The notes under the pieces are model-generated. The model did not search any database and had not been told where the DNA came from. It saw only the letters and a list, made by a program, of their open reading frames with translations. Position numbers and translations under genes: made by a program. This document shows positions 51,414 to 63,860 of a DNA stretch of 64,000 nucleotides, piece by piece. The number at the start of each line of letters is the position of its first letter. The stretch's first letter is position 1. Source of the stretch: Ginglymostoma cirratum (lineage: Eukaryota); NCBI GenBank assembly GCA_024137785.1, contig JAHRHZ010000025.1, positions 22,546,921 to 22,610,920 on the forward strand. Direction: 5' to 3'.

Positions 51414-51899
51414 AATTTTCTGAAGAAGGGTCTAGGCCCAAAACGTCAGCTTTCCTGCTCCTCTGATGCTGCTTGGCCTGCTGTATTCATCCAGCTCTAC
51501 ACCTTGTTATCTTGGTATTTCGTCCTGACAAGTGCAAGAGAAAGAATTTTGACAAAATGTGTTTTTTTGCAGCAATTCTCAAATTGCTGGTTTTGATGAT
51601 GATCAATCATTGTTCCTCTTGATTTCCTGTCCACGCTTTGTCCTCAGGCTGTAGTTGTGGTAATGTTTGTAATCTGTATCTTCTGTTGAAATGTTTATTT
51701 TAGTTGTTTCTTTGCTCTTCTTCTTCACACCATTTCACTCTTAGGTTCATTTTCAGTGATGTTTGGCTGTAGTTTCTGAAACAGAGATGGTTATTGCGTT
51801 CTCTGTCTCCTCCCCAGCAGTAACTCTGACCATGATAATCCTGTCTGTCCCGGTAATGAACTGTAGCTTGACAGTACAAGGTTGAAATCTTTGTTTTTC

Positions 51900-52420
51900 T
51901 TCAGCACTGCCTGGATCATACAAATTCCTTACTCAGCTTCTTCATTTGCTTGAGGATAGTGTATGAACTTGTAATATGAATCAAATCATATCCATGTGTG
52001 AATATGTAAAACTGCTCATTTATAAACTGCGTATCTAAGTCTATAATATTGGAAATGTCATGCATTGTCTTGAGTGATCCAATACTGCTGCTTGCACAAT
52101 TTTGTGTAGGTTGTTTTGCCTGAGCCCACCTTGAGCAGTTGTCTATGATCATAAAGAAGGTCTCGCTCTTGAACTTGAACAATTGTATTCCTGAGAACTT
52201 TCATGGCCTTTGTTGAAAAAGATGAGTAATAGCATTCCTTCTTCTTTTGGCTATTCACCGTGCACAAAGTGCAAGTATTGAATAGTTCCTGTATTGAATA
52301 TGTGAGCCCAATTGTTATATCCTCAAACAGCACTTTGTGATGCCCTGAAAAATTCTCTGCAGCATATAGATCAGCATTATACATACTGCTGATATTAATC
52401 CTTTTAGCTCTATGCATCCC
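51900..52420 (-). mobile_element. Ty3/Gypsy LTR-retrotransposon integrase relic
   Basis: IQELFNTCTLCTVN (CxxC of the HHCC finger); LFKFKSETFFMIIDNCSRW (DLFxFxGxxYLxxVDYYSRW); HDISNII..DTQF and LIHITSS (HGIPxxIVSDNGPQF, HITSSP); frameshifted. Confidence 0.8.
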
Positions 52421-52439
52421 CTTTTCTCTATCACATATA

Positions 52440-52480
52440 TTATCTGTTTGTCTGTTTATCTATCTACCTATCTATCTATC
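52440..52480. repeat. Imperfect (TATC)n microsatellite
   Basis: Direct reading. Confidence 0.8.
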
Positions 52481-53714
52481 ACATATACATAAACAGTACA
52501 ATTATTGGGGGAATGGTATTGTACAATTTGTTTGTGACACTGGGAGGTATGACCCTCACTCACTGAATAGGCACAGATCAGTTGATCTTCTACCACTGTC
52601 TTCTCTCCCCCTTCACCTAAGGAATCATATGCCATTGAAAACATAAAAGAAAAATGAAAAGAAAACATCGGTATCTATCTTTCTCGCTTGAGCTCAAATT
52701 CCACATCTCAGCTGTTGTTTACCTCGTGTTGTATTTACTGAATAAACACCATTTCTGTATCGGCAATATCCACCGTGCGCTACAGTGTAACATCATAAAC
52801 ATGCTAACAAAAGAATCTATTTGACTACACAAAGCACAAAAATGAAATCTCGCTTGATGTGCTTTGAAAAGGACTGGTCTTTGATCAAAATTCAAATAAA
52901 CATGAAGATTGTAGATTGCTGCCAATGTTGGGTCACCCTAGCTTAGTATTCTGTTTGGCTCACACTACCTAAGCATATTTCCCAGCCTTCTGCCACTAGA
53001 AGGAGCTCATGTATTTCCACAGCTCATTGAACCAATTTAGTGGATTGCACTGCAACAGCACACCACCGAATGACGTATCCTGGGACAGCTACTGCTACTG
53101 TTCCTCCTCAGCCCCAAATACATCATTGTCTGCATTCTTCACCCTTAACGGACCTCTTCACTATCTTGAAAACACTATCTTCTTCTCATTCATTTTGCCC
53201 CATTCCTCGCCAAAACTGTGAGACTCTTAATTACCATCAGTCCAGCAATTTACAGCCTTCTAAAAGCCAAGCCTGGTATCACCTGGACATCATTTTTACT
53301 CTTCTGTTCTGTTCAATCTAAATCTTTGATCTCTCAGTTTAAAATTAAATTCTCATAGTTAAAGTCTCCTGGATTTTATCACTCTCTTTCACTTTTTCAC
53401 ACAGATTCTTAATAAAGACAGTTTGTAACAGTTCAGTGTAGCGACCATAAATTCTTCCCACCTAGCGTTGCCTTTAGAATATCTGGCATTGAGTGTTGGA
53501 GATGTGAACTATTCTTTCAATATTAGGTAAGCAAAACTAAAACCACCATTTTTGCCTCCAATCTTTTCCTAAATAAGTCTGGTTTGAACAACTTCAAGCT
53601 GTTCTTCACACAAAGACTGGTGCTATGGAACACATGCTTCCTTTCTCTCCTCATTCTGTACCTGTGTTCAGATCATCACTGAAACCATCAATATCCACTT
53701 TGAAACCATCCCCT

Positions 53715-53930
53715 GCTCCTAACTGATCCTGTTTTCGATGAGGCAATAAGGAAGGATGTTACAATTAGTGCATTTGATGTAGTCAATATGGATTTTACCA
53801 AGGTTTTTGACTACGTGCCACATGGAAGACAAATTGTGAGTGAAAGGACCCAAGGCAAAGTAGTGAATTGAATCCAAATTTGGCTTAGAGGAAGAAAACA
53901 ATGAATAATTGTCGATGGGCAGATTTTTGC
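53715..53930 (+). mobile_element. CR1 RT fragment
   Basis: AFDVVNMDFTKVFDYVPHGR; IQIWLRGRKQ. Confidence 0.7.
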
Positions 53931-53934
53931 CTTC

Positions 53935-54385
53935 CTGCTCAACCTATCTGTATCCACCTACTACCTCTTTATGACTTCCTTTCAACACATTTTCCTACTT
54001 ATCTTTGTGTCATCTGCAAATTTACCTATCATGTCTTCCTCCCTTCTTCTAAGTCATTGATATAAATTGTAAAAAGCCAAGGCCCCAGCACAGACCCCTG
54101 TGGGATTCCACTCATCACAGCCTGTCAATCAGAAAAAGACCCAGTTATGTGTGCTCAGTGTTTTCTGTGAGCCAGCCAATCATATGGCCACGTTAATATG
54201 TTACCCCCAGGCCTACTTTATGCAATAATGTTTTTATATGGCACCTTGACAAATGTCCTCTGTAAGTCCAAGTGTAGTACATCAACAAACTCCCCTTCAT
54301 CCCTAGTGCATGCAATTCCTTCAAAGAACACCAATAAATTTGTTAAACATGATTTCCCTTGTACAAAACTAAGCTGACATTTTTT
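53935..54385 (-). mobile_element. CR1 RT fragment
   Basis: FVQGKSCLTNLLVFFE...VDVLHLDLQRTFVKVP; GIPQGSVLGPWLFTIYINDL; FADDTK. Confidence 0.85.
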
Positions 54386-54849
54386 GGGAAACTGCGGGGA
54401 GATGAGCAAACCTCTCTCAATACCACGGTGCAGGAGGCTATTCAACACAAGAAGAATCAAAGGAAAGTGGCACCCATCTTTATGCAAATCATTTTGCACT
54501 ATACGGGATGGTGTGGTCTGGGGAAAGATACTTCTGTCTGAAGCCATGAGTGTGAACTCTGAATCCCATGTCATGCCCACCCAGTGTCAGGGTTAAGGAG
54601 CTGTCTCTGACCTACTCTTCCATTTTCCAGTCTTGAGGAGATGTGAATTTTTCCTCAACAATGGGATTGAGCCAAACTCTATAAATGAAACAAGAACAGT
54701 CTAATGACTATTAATTAACCTTTAACAATACAAATAGAACAAGTAAACTGTATCTATTGTTTGGATTTTGACTGGTCTTTGAGCTGTGTGTTATCACTCT
54801 TAAACATTTGCACATTGGCCTGTCAGCAAACTTAATAGGAAGAGCATAT

Positions 54850-55240
54850 TAATTTGGTCAGTTAGATTACTGGGAACTGACCAGTCCAGTATGGAACAGA
54901 AAGAAAGAGGCCAGACATTTCCAGGTTCAATCACAGTCAGTGCAAGATTGGCTCATCTCAGCTATATTGACCTCAATAATTGAAAGTAAACAAAGGAGCA
55001 AATAGATCAGGCAGAGTCCTGGCTCCGCACTGCTACCTAGTAATTCCTGATGGAAAGTTTACAAATCAAAACCCTAGATGAGGAGAACATCAAGCTTGTC
55101 TTTGATACCCCCATAACCAAACCGTTTGCTGATGCCCCCCAGCCCAAACTCACAGATGAAAAATGACCAGTTGAGTGAGATACCTACCAAATGTGGATTC
55201 TACCCTGGTGTCAGATTCCAGCTTTCAGGAAGGAGAGAGG
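54850..55240 (+). mobile_element. Ancient SINE-like repeat
   Basis: B-box-like CCAGGTTCAATC; tail CTTTCAGGAAGGAGAGAGG. Confidence 0.35.
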
Positions 55241-55299
55241 TATATTTTTTATAAATTTCAGAAAGCCAAAGGCTGTTCAGTGAGCCTTTTGGACTTGAT

Positions 55300-55490
55300 T
55301 TAAACACTTAAAGTCTACTACAAGTCTCTCCATAGCCAGCGCCACTCAGACCACAATGAAATTCTACCCAATGTTTCAATTGCAGATTTATCGATTTAAA
55401 CTCTACCTGCTGCTGCAGTGGGATTTGAACTCAAACCCCTCAAAGCATCAGCCCATATCTCTGGGTTCCCAGTCCCTTACACAACCATCT
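55300..55490 (-). mobile_element. Degenerate tRNA-derived SINE head
   Basis: Reverse complement contains GAGTTCAAATCCCACTGCAGCAG (B box). Confidence 0.45.
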
Positions 55491-57479
55491 CCATCTCTAA
55501 CAAACTAAACATTTAAATTGCTTTAAATTGCATTTAAATAGGACAAGATGGGGCAGTAGACTAAAACAAATTCCTTTAGCTATACACAAACAGGAATTGT
55601 TATATGATAAAAGCCCATCTAATTTACCTTCAACCATCCTGATAGTCACATTATAGAAATACAATACTTTTTTACCCCAGTTCCTGTTGAAAGAATTGAG
55701 TGTTAGTTGTTAAATTGAAACCATTCATTTCAGAATATTTCTTATCAGGAATTTAAACTGAAAGAGAATTGCATCTGTTCATTAGTAAAATTTCTAGTTT
55801 TATTTCAAATGAAAACAAATGAACCATAATAAGAGACAGTTACAGATCAGCCAAAAATTCTACTATGTAACAAATAGATGGTTATTTCACCACAGAGATA
55901 AGGTACACTGTAAAGAAATTGTGACATTTTTGACTGTCATTTTCTCAATGTCTCCATGAGGCTCAATCTACGACAATAATCCTTCCGCAGTGTAGTGGGA
56001 TCACAATCTAAATAAGTCTGAAGAGTCAATACAAAATAAGATACATTTGTCCTGTGTTTCAGAAACTTGAGTGGGAACCATTTTTGCTTGCGAGATGTAC
56101 ATGATCAGCATGATATCCACATGATATTTTTAAAAATATTGATCAAGAGCATAGGAAGGATTAAGAGGTGAAAGTGACAAAATGAGAAATTCCACACTTT
56201 ACAAGCACACGAAACTGAAATTTTCAATGAGCTGTTCATTAAAAACAATTGGTCTCAATGTATTTTATTTACTTAATCAGTTTTGAAGTTGGGACTTTAC
56301 AATCTGTTTAAAATGTGTTTTCAAAATTTCTTCTTCTTCCACACTACATCATATTTAGTTTAATTGAAGCTAAGTACGTTTATGTTACCAATGTTAGGTT
56401 TTATTTGGTTAGCCATTGCCATGCGGTTGCTTATGCTCTGATGTCCCTTTGTAACAACAAGTTCCATAATAACAGACAGTAAACATAACATTCCAGACTC
56501 AACAAACAGGACACCAAACCGAATTGTGTTGTGGTGAAATATTTCAATGTAAAAGTTCAGACTTTGACAAATTCTTCAGGAATCTGGGTGGCATGGTGAG
56601 TTAAAACCTTGGCTGTTAAAGACCCACTCCCTTTGGAATTCAAGGTAACAGCTGAGCCAGCTGTATATATCTACTCCAATGACAGACCAAATTGTTCCAA
56701 ATAACGCTACTGGAATGTTGGGGAGTTAGATGTGCGTCAGAGTTGTGCGGCTTGTTGACCTTGGGTGGATACAGCTAAAATATGTTCCATTCTTTCCAAA
56801 ATACTGCAGGCTAGCTCAAGGGTAAAGCTTCCGAAAGTACAATATTAGTGTCTTTTGAGAAAAAGAATCATCCTAGAGATAATATAGTTTATATTATCTA
56901 CGTTATAATGGTATTGTGCTAGCTTTAGATGAGGCCCAATGGATGGTGAGTGAGGGGATGATGGCATTGAAATACCACCAGTATGGATTGTATTTCAAAG
57001 AATGAGGGATACTGGTCAAGATTGTTTCAGGGCATTGTCTATATGGACAATATACTGAACTTCTTGTATCATTTATGTAGTGTTTATGTATTACAAGATA
57101 TGGATTTCAATGATAAGATTGTAGGACACAGCTTATCTGCTCTTACCAACGTGGTCACAATTTAAATTTGGATAGATTGCATTTTTCAATTCTCTGCCTT
57201 TTCTGTAATGCAATTCTATCCAATTATTGTCATTCCCATGTATGGAACATGAAAAACAATTTGGCAACAAAAAATGAAAGTCAGAGATTATGTAATTTTC
57301 TGAAATTATTTCACATCAGATTGATTCAAGCTGGCCAGCTCATAGACAAGAGACAGCAGAATGAAATGGTAGTGATGTTCTGCTGTTAAATTTGTCGGGT
57401 TCTCTATGACCCCAGTCTTCCCAGGGATCCCCATCATCACCGTTCTCCTCAGCTCCCTGTAAATGTCAGGGTCCAAAAG

Positions 57480-57548
57480 CTCTGCAGTTCCCTCCACTGA
57501 TGCTGCCTGATATCTTGAATGCATCTCCAGTATTTCTTGTTTTTATTA
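57480..57548 (+). mobile_element. Very decayed pLTR 3' fragment
   Basis: CCTCCACTGATGCTGCCTGA...TCCAGTATTTCTTGTTTTTATT resembles the 42558 family. Confidence 0.4.
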
Positions 57549-57961
57549 ATCCAACATAAATTGTACAACTTTTTTCCTATCTTCTTACTGGACTCCCAAG
57601 ATAATTAAGTTGTTTACTGTTTGAAATGGAAGGAGTATTTGCATAAGAATATATACTAGAATGAAGTCTTTAATATTCAGAGTTATAATTTTCTAAAATC
57701 ACTATTCTTCCCTCTCTGAGTAAAGCATTTCACCTCCATACCATCTCCAGCAGGCACCGTGGTATAGCGGTGTTCCATGACGTAGAATATTTAACTATCC
57801 AGTCAGTGATATCTTGACTGTATGATTAAATTATTGCATCTGAACCATTGTAGAACTTGGTGACAATTTAGACGGTTAAGTACTGAGGAAGTATTGTACT
57901 ACCAAATGTGTCAACTTTTGATTGTATTTATTTCTAATGAAATGTCGTCTCACTTGAAATA

Positions 57962-58053
57962 TTTTCCACAGATACTCCATGACCTTACAAGTATTTCCAG
58001 CAATTTTTATTCCAATTCCAGATTTTTTCTGCATTCACAGTATTTTGCTTTTA
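57962..58053 (+). mobile_element. Very decayed pLTR 3' fragment
   Basis: TCCACAGATAC...TTTCCAGCAATTTT...CAGATT...GCATTCACAGTATTTTGCTTTTA. Confidence 0.45.
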
Positions 58054-58954
58054 TATCAGGGTTTGCTTCTCTGTTTCCCCACATAACGAATTCTCTACCA
58101 ATGCTAGTTGAATATCAGATGTGGACTTTATGTGGGTAACAATTGACCACTTAAGGCCTTCATTTTCAAAGCATCTTTGTTGGTATATTCATGAAAGAAT
58201 ATTCATAGTTTCTTTACTCAAACCAATTTCATTTTCTGCGAGAGACCTTTTGTTGTTTAATCCAATTAATGTGAAGTTCTCAAAGGAAGATGTGAGGTCT
58301 ACCGCAAAATTAAACCATCTTAAAATTAATTTAGTTTTCAAGCTAAGCATATTCTTTCCAGCATGTATTATCCAAACAACTTAAACAACAGTCATGCTCA
58401 ATTGCATCATCAGCTTAATAAACACGCTGATAATTCACTGTTATTGCAGTGAAATAGGTGGCCACTGAATAATATTGGTTAGTGAGAGTTGCTTGATTCT
58501 AATTGTTAGTCATAGTTAGTGATTGGCCGTCCATTATTACAGTCTTGCTCAGTAACAAAGACATCATGCAGAACTTGTGCCAACTCAGTCAGGTTGCCTT
58601 TTAAAAGCAATGCTGTGCCAAATTAGCAAAGTAATGAAAGGAAGACAGCAAGAACAAATCAAGCATCTTGGTATATGCATATTTGTATTAAAAGTTGCCC
58701 GAACAATTTGCAATTTAATGAACAGAAGAATTACATTCAACCCTTTAACACTGCCGAACATAGTGCGAGTATCTGTTAGCAACTTCAAGGTAAAAATTCA
58801 AGGCAATGTCCCTTGAAGGCGTTCAGAAGACATCACTCACCATAATAATGAAGGTCAAGTGGATTATGACTTTCATAAGTCACACAATATGAAATGGTCG
58901 CCAAAGCATTCTTGGATGTTATTCATTTCTTTTGGTGTCCACTTGCTTTGACAG

Positions 58955-59088
58955 TAACCTCCGAAAAGGAATTGGATATTTATGTGGAAAGAAAACATTT
59001 TCAGGGCTGTGGGGACAAAGCGGGAGAATGGAACTGTGGGGATTGGTCTTTCAAAGAGCAAGCAGAAAATGATGGGCCGCATGGAGAA
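58955..59088 (+). mobile_element. CR1 3' fragment (old)
   Basis: KELDIYVERKHFQGCGDKAGEW; ATGATGGGCCGCATGG tail. Confidence 0.6.
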
Positions 59089-62000
59089 GAAACGAATTGT
59101 GGAGCTGGCCTGATACAAGCCAAATGTATTTTTTTTAGTTCCAATCCCTGCGTTGCCCAAGCCTCTAAAGCTGCCTTGTGAAGCTGGGAAAACTCAGCCA
59201 TCTTTAGCCTCTGCTGTAAACTCGTCTCTTTCCTGTTTTTACACCAGCTTAGGCTGAAGAATTGCTAATTAGCATTTTTTACCTGGATGCAAAGTTAGTG
59301 CAATTCATGTTGCCAAGGGGAAGAGACGGAGGTGACCTTTCTGAGATCAGACTACTGGCTTCCTAATGAATTATTGAATATCACGGGCAGCCAGCAGCTC
59401 AGTGTGGCTAGCAGAGAGAAAAGGCTGCTTAACTTTGCAAGCCACCAAGGCCGGATGGAGGAGGAAGGTAGTTTCTAGTCAAAGGCATTCGAGGAGTATC
59501 ATCCCGCCTTGGTCAAGGGTAGAAGAACATAAGAACAGACTTTTCAACTCGTGTTGGATTTTTAAACAGCAGTACAAAAACTGAGGAAAGTGCGTGAAGG
59601 CAGTCGTTCAAAGTTCCTACTCAGTGAAGCAGGGATACAGGAACCTACTGGAAGTTAGAAGCAACTGTGGACAGTACAATAAAGGGACTGTAATCCAACG
59701 GGAGGTATTAAAGATGATATGTGTAAAAGGGCAAGGATTATCTCTATAATTTAACGTACATGTTGCCTACAAAAAAAGAAATAATGTTTAGTTGATAGTC
59801 CTTTTAATCATTCAATAGTAAAAATTTTGAAATCTAAAATCATGATAAAATTGCAACATGTCATCCTTTCAGCTCCATCTGGAAGTTTGAATGTCTAATA
59901 AACTCTATCAATTTCTTCAAAGACTGTCACAAAGTTTAAAACATGTCCGACTTGCTCTACTTTCCTCATGACAATATGCTTTTCTCCATTTCCTCCACTT
60001 TTTCCCCCAAAATTGGATTCCATCACAATTTTCCACATTACTAGTCTGTTCCATTCTCTATGTTCTCTTGAAATCTTTTATGTACTTCCACACCATTTTT
60101 CTACTTTCCCACTTTTGTGCCATGAACAAGCCTTAATTTGATTTCCCTCCATAGAAGTATAAGTCAGGTGTATATACCAAGAACTAGAATGGATCCTGCA
60201 CTGCGATCTGAAGGGCATCAATTTCAACAGTTCTTCAAATCTGAACAGCAAGCCTTGTTACTTGTTTGTCAATCAGTTTTGAAGTATTGGATCATTTTAC
60301 ATGTAGGTTTGAATCATTTAAATCTGAAAGAAGCAATGTTTTTGCAAACACCATTAAGATTTATAATTTAACAACAGAGCATCACACATTGGTATTTGTA
60401 AATGTGAAGAAAAAGAATTGAAATAGTTCTTGAAACAATTTGAACTTTTCACCTTGATTTTGCAACGCCAGTGATAATATTTCCTTTTGAAGATTATTTT
60501 AATTTTTCTAATGATGCCACTATTAAGACAGCTCCAGCATGTTGAGGTCAAGGGTAGAGGGTTTTGAATTTCTAGCATGATGGAAATTTGATGTACGAAG
60601 ATCCTTCAGCACAATATGATTATGGAGATTGATCACCATGACTCAAAACAACAAAGACTGAAACAAGTGACAGAAAGAAAAGTACAGGACATTTAAACAG
60701 GGGGTAAGGATTGCAATGGCATTGCAGCAACCTGCTTCAATTTTCTAGCTAAGTTCTTGTCAGAACATTCAATCAACATTAAAAGATTTGCTATTTCCAA
60801 TAATGTGAACCAGGCTTTTAACTTTTCTCTACTTTCCTATAAGTTAATTCCTTCTCCAATGGATTAAATCAGAATAAGAAAATATAAGGAAGTAGAAAAT
60901 GATAAAGGATCAGTTTGTGGTGTCTGTTACATTTTTTCTCAGAGCCTGCATGAAGGTTTTTATCTCACTTCTGCTCCAGCACGGGCACCTCCTACTTCCC
61001 AAAACAGGCCGACATTCGTTTACACTTTAAACATTTCAAATCCTTCTGCTTCAACGTTTTTTTTACTGTGTAAGCTAACAGAGTTTTGCACATCGTTCAG
61101 AATATTGATTGATGCTTCTACTATTTAAATGTCTCCATGAGATTGAAAATCTGAATCATATTTGAATCTAGTTCTTTTTATCCTTTAGCCAGTCTTCATA
61201 CTTTAATGTTCTAAAGTAAAGGAACATTTAATGATTATTTTTCTTTGAAAACTTTCACTATGTCTCAACTTCTTTTGTAAATATTGTGCTCAAATCCCAA
61301 CAGACGACATCAACAGTGTTCTAACACTGTGTTGATAGTCTCAGCAGCAAATCTCACTGAACACATGCCCTGTGGAAATATACTTAGAATCCCAATGTCC
61401 TCTTTGTTTCAGCTATTACTTTAATATGTTGAGGCAACTTTGAGTGTTTTGCCAACTATCACACCCCGAACGTTTTCCTGTTCCACCTCATTTAATGCTA
61501 TGCTGCTCGCTAGTGACAATTATGACACTAGACTCACCATATTGGTCAGGGTATCACAGTATTAATAAATATATCCATGTGGATCTTGCATCGCCTGAAT
61601 TCTAAGTACCATGGACCCTCTCAGAATAGTTATGATTAAATTATCACGGTCACCTTATAACAACAAATTGCATTTTGCAAGTCGATCTCTGTAGTTTAAT
61701 CTGTTCAGGAACAAAAAGCAGTGATTGATAAAAGCTGAACAATATCTGCACAGGAAATCTGCAAACAGCTTCAATTTCCAACCTTTTTTCATGAATATTA
61801 AATATTCTTAAACTGTTGTTAAGTTTCCAAATGTACACAAAATTGATGCCCAAGTGACAGCAGAGTTGGGTGGAGTCAATTTCTAATTGTATTCTGGAAT
61901 ACACTAAAGCTAATCAGTGCAAAATAGTCTCTTCAATGTCCTTGACTCATATGAACCTAGCTCCAGATTATAATGCTTTCTTTAACTGGTCCAAGGTGCT

Positions 62001-62763
62001 TTTACAAATTCTACGCAATCACTTTAATTTAAAGAGATAGCGAAGCCATACCATCCTAACATGATAAGTTATCTACCAGGGTTATAAGGTTTTGTGTCTG
62101 TACCCACAAATACAACTTCCTTGGCAATCAAATTTCAGATTTACCATCTACTGGGCTCAGACCAGTTTACAGTAAATCTGCACCCTCAAAGAGATATTCA
62201 GAAGTTTTCTGCCCAATTAGGATTGCAGGTAGCTGATGGAAAGCAAGCACCTACTTGTGGGCAAGGTTGATTTACACAGATGGTTTTCTGCACAGCATCA
62301 GAATCCCTCCGAAATCTTACCTGCAATTTCAATTAGAAGATATAATACTGTAATATACAAAAACATGCAGAAAGATGTTTTTAAGCTATAACCTGGAACG
62401 ATCATGATGTTGTAGTGAGGGATTAGCATTTACTTGAAAGCTTTAAATCTTGCCACTGCAGCAGATTTGAGATTGCACGTACAGGATTAATTGACTGGCT
62501 CTGTAAAGGAAGTGTTGGACATAGATCTGATTACATCATTGTAAGATATAGACAAATGTATCACAACATGCAATTAACAGTGAATCATATTTAAGGAAAA
62601 GGAGAACATCTCATTATAATTAATTCTCCAGCATTGTTAATTGGCATTGTAAGGCTAGGAATGTAAATAACAATTCTAAATAGGCTCTCTTTTGATAAAA
62701 CAGATTAAACAAGTTTCAAGGATAAGCAGAGGCACCTGGCAGGTTGATTTGCACTGGCACCAA

Positions 62764-63860
62764 TTCAAAAAGCAGTCCAAATGTGATGAGAAGAGCCCAA
62801 CACATGATGGCACAAATGTTATGTAAAGGTTGTTTTTTTTTGTAAGCCTATGTTTGTTTTAATCAGAATCCTGACTATAACAGCCCTAATTATCACAATT
62901 TCGATTAAAACATTTTATGATCTTTACAAATTGAAAAAATTATAAATAAAATATAATTTGTCCCTTATTGTAAAGCATGTATTATTGCTAAAGCCAGTGA
63001 GGCAGAAAAGGTATCCTGACCATAATTTGCAAAATTGCTTTGTCAAGGTGAACGGTGAGGTAGCAGAACTGGGAATGAAGAAACCATTGTAGCTTTTAAC
63101 CCATTTTGTGAACAGGAATAATAGACAGGAAGTAAAGGTCTTGATCCATCAAAGCAAGCAGCTCTTTTTGAAAGACAAATGGAAAGGCATAACAGCATGA
63201 TGACACTTTGCCTGAAGCACCTATTTGTAGGGCCATAAAATAATGGAAAGGTTGGATTTCTCACAGTGCAAAGTTCCTGATCTGAACAACATGGGAGGCA
63301 TCAAGTAGAGATCAGGTAATCCTCAGCAGGGAGAAAGGATGTTGAAGGAAAAATGTATCATCAGGTCATCCTTGCATCTAACCAGTTGATTGCGTTGGAG
63401 CAGTACTGACAGAGGCATTGGGATGAGGGGACGGTGCCAGGGGGACAAAGTCATCCTTTGACCAATCCTCTTAATCTACAGAAAGTACAAAGTCAAGCAG
63501 TTCAGAAGTGAAAAGTAAGAAAAGTTTTGAGAAAGAATACCCTAGACACCAAATTTAAAGCTTATTGTTTTTCCTTCATTACAGAAAATTAAACTTTAGA
63601 CTTTCTTTTCAATAATATTTCTAACTTATTTTGCTGATTTTATTTGTTCTGATTTATATTGCAATCACAAAGTAACTTTTGCTATTTTGATCAAGTATAG
63701 CTGTAATAAATTACTGCCCATTATAACATTTTTTTAGATAGGTTATCAGAACCTTTGATTAAAACAAACATAGACTTACAACAAAAAAACACAACCTTTA
63801 CATAACATTTGCATCATCATGTGTTGGTCTCTTCTCACCACATTTGGACTGCTTTTTGAA
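62764..63860. repeat. Long inverted-repeat pair (~110-bp arms, ~870-bp spacer)
   Basis: 62764-62875 matches the reverse complement of 63745-63860 with only scattered mismatches. Confidence 0.9.
63245..63472 (-). mobile_element. Ancient non-LTR (L1-like) RT fragment
   Basis: Frameshifted RG..(Q)G..LSP, PLSVLL, DDL and SG.L..EKS in the expected order. Confidence 0.4.

Larger units (their letters stand above)
50878..51512. mobile_element. Young Penelope-like element with inverted pLTRs around an assembly gap; 15-bp TSD
   Basis: 50911-51007 is an inverted repeat of 51416-51512; TSD TGGTATTTC(T/G)TCCTG at 50863-50877 and 51513-51527. Confidence 0.88.
50741..51577. mobile_element. Older fold-back element (probably Penelope-like) hosting the young insert
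   Basis: CATTTTGTCAAA..TTTCTCTTGCA...CAGG (50741-50775) is an inverted repeat of CCTG..TGCAAGAGAAA..TTTGACAAAATG (51524-51559). Confidence 0.55.

Noticed and set aside
50854-51441. ORFs of 195 and 138 aa
   Set aside because: Artefacts of the N gap
59300-59870. Possible solo LTR
   Set aside because: Only a compositional resemblance; no defined TG..CA ends or TSD
61313-61330. Small hairpin ACAGTGTT-CT-AACACTGT
   Set aside because: An 8-bp stem is expected by chance in 64 kb
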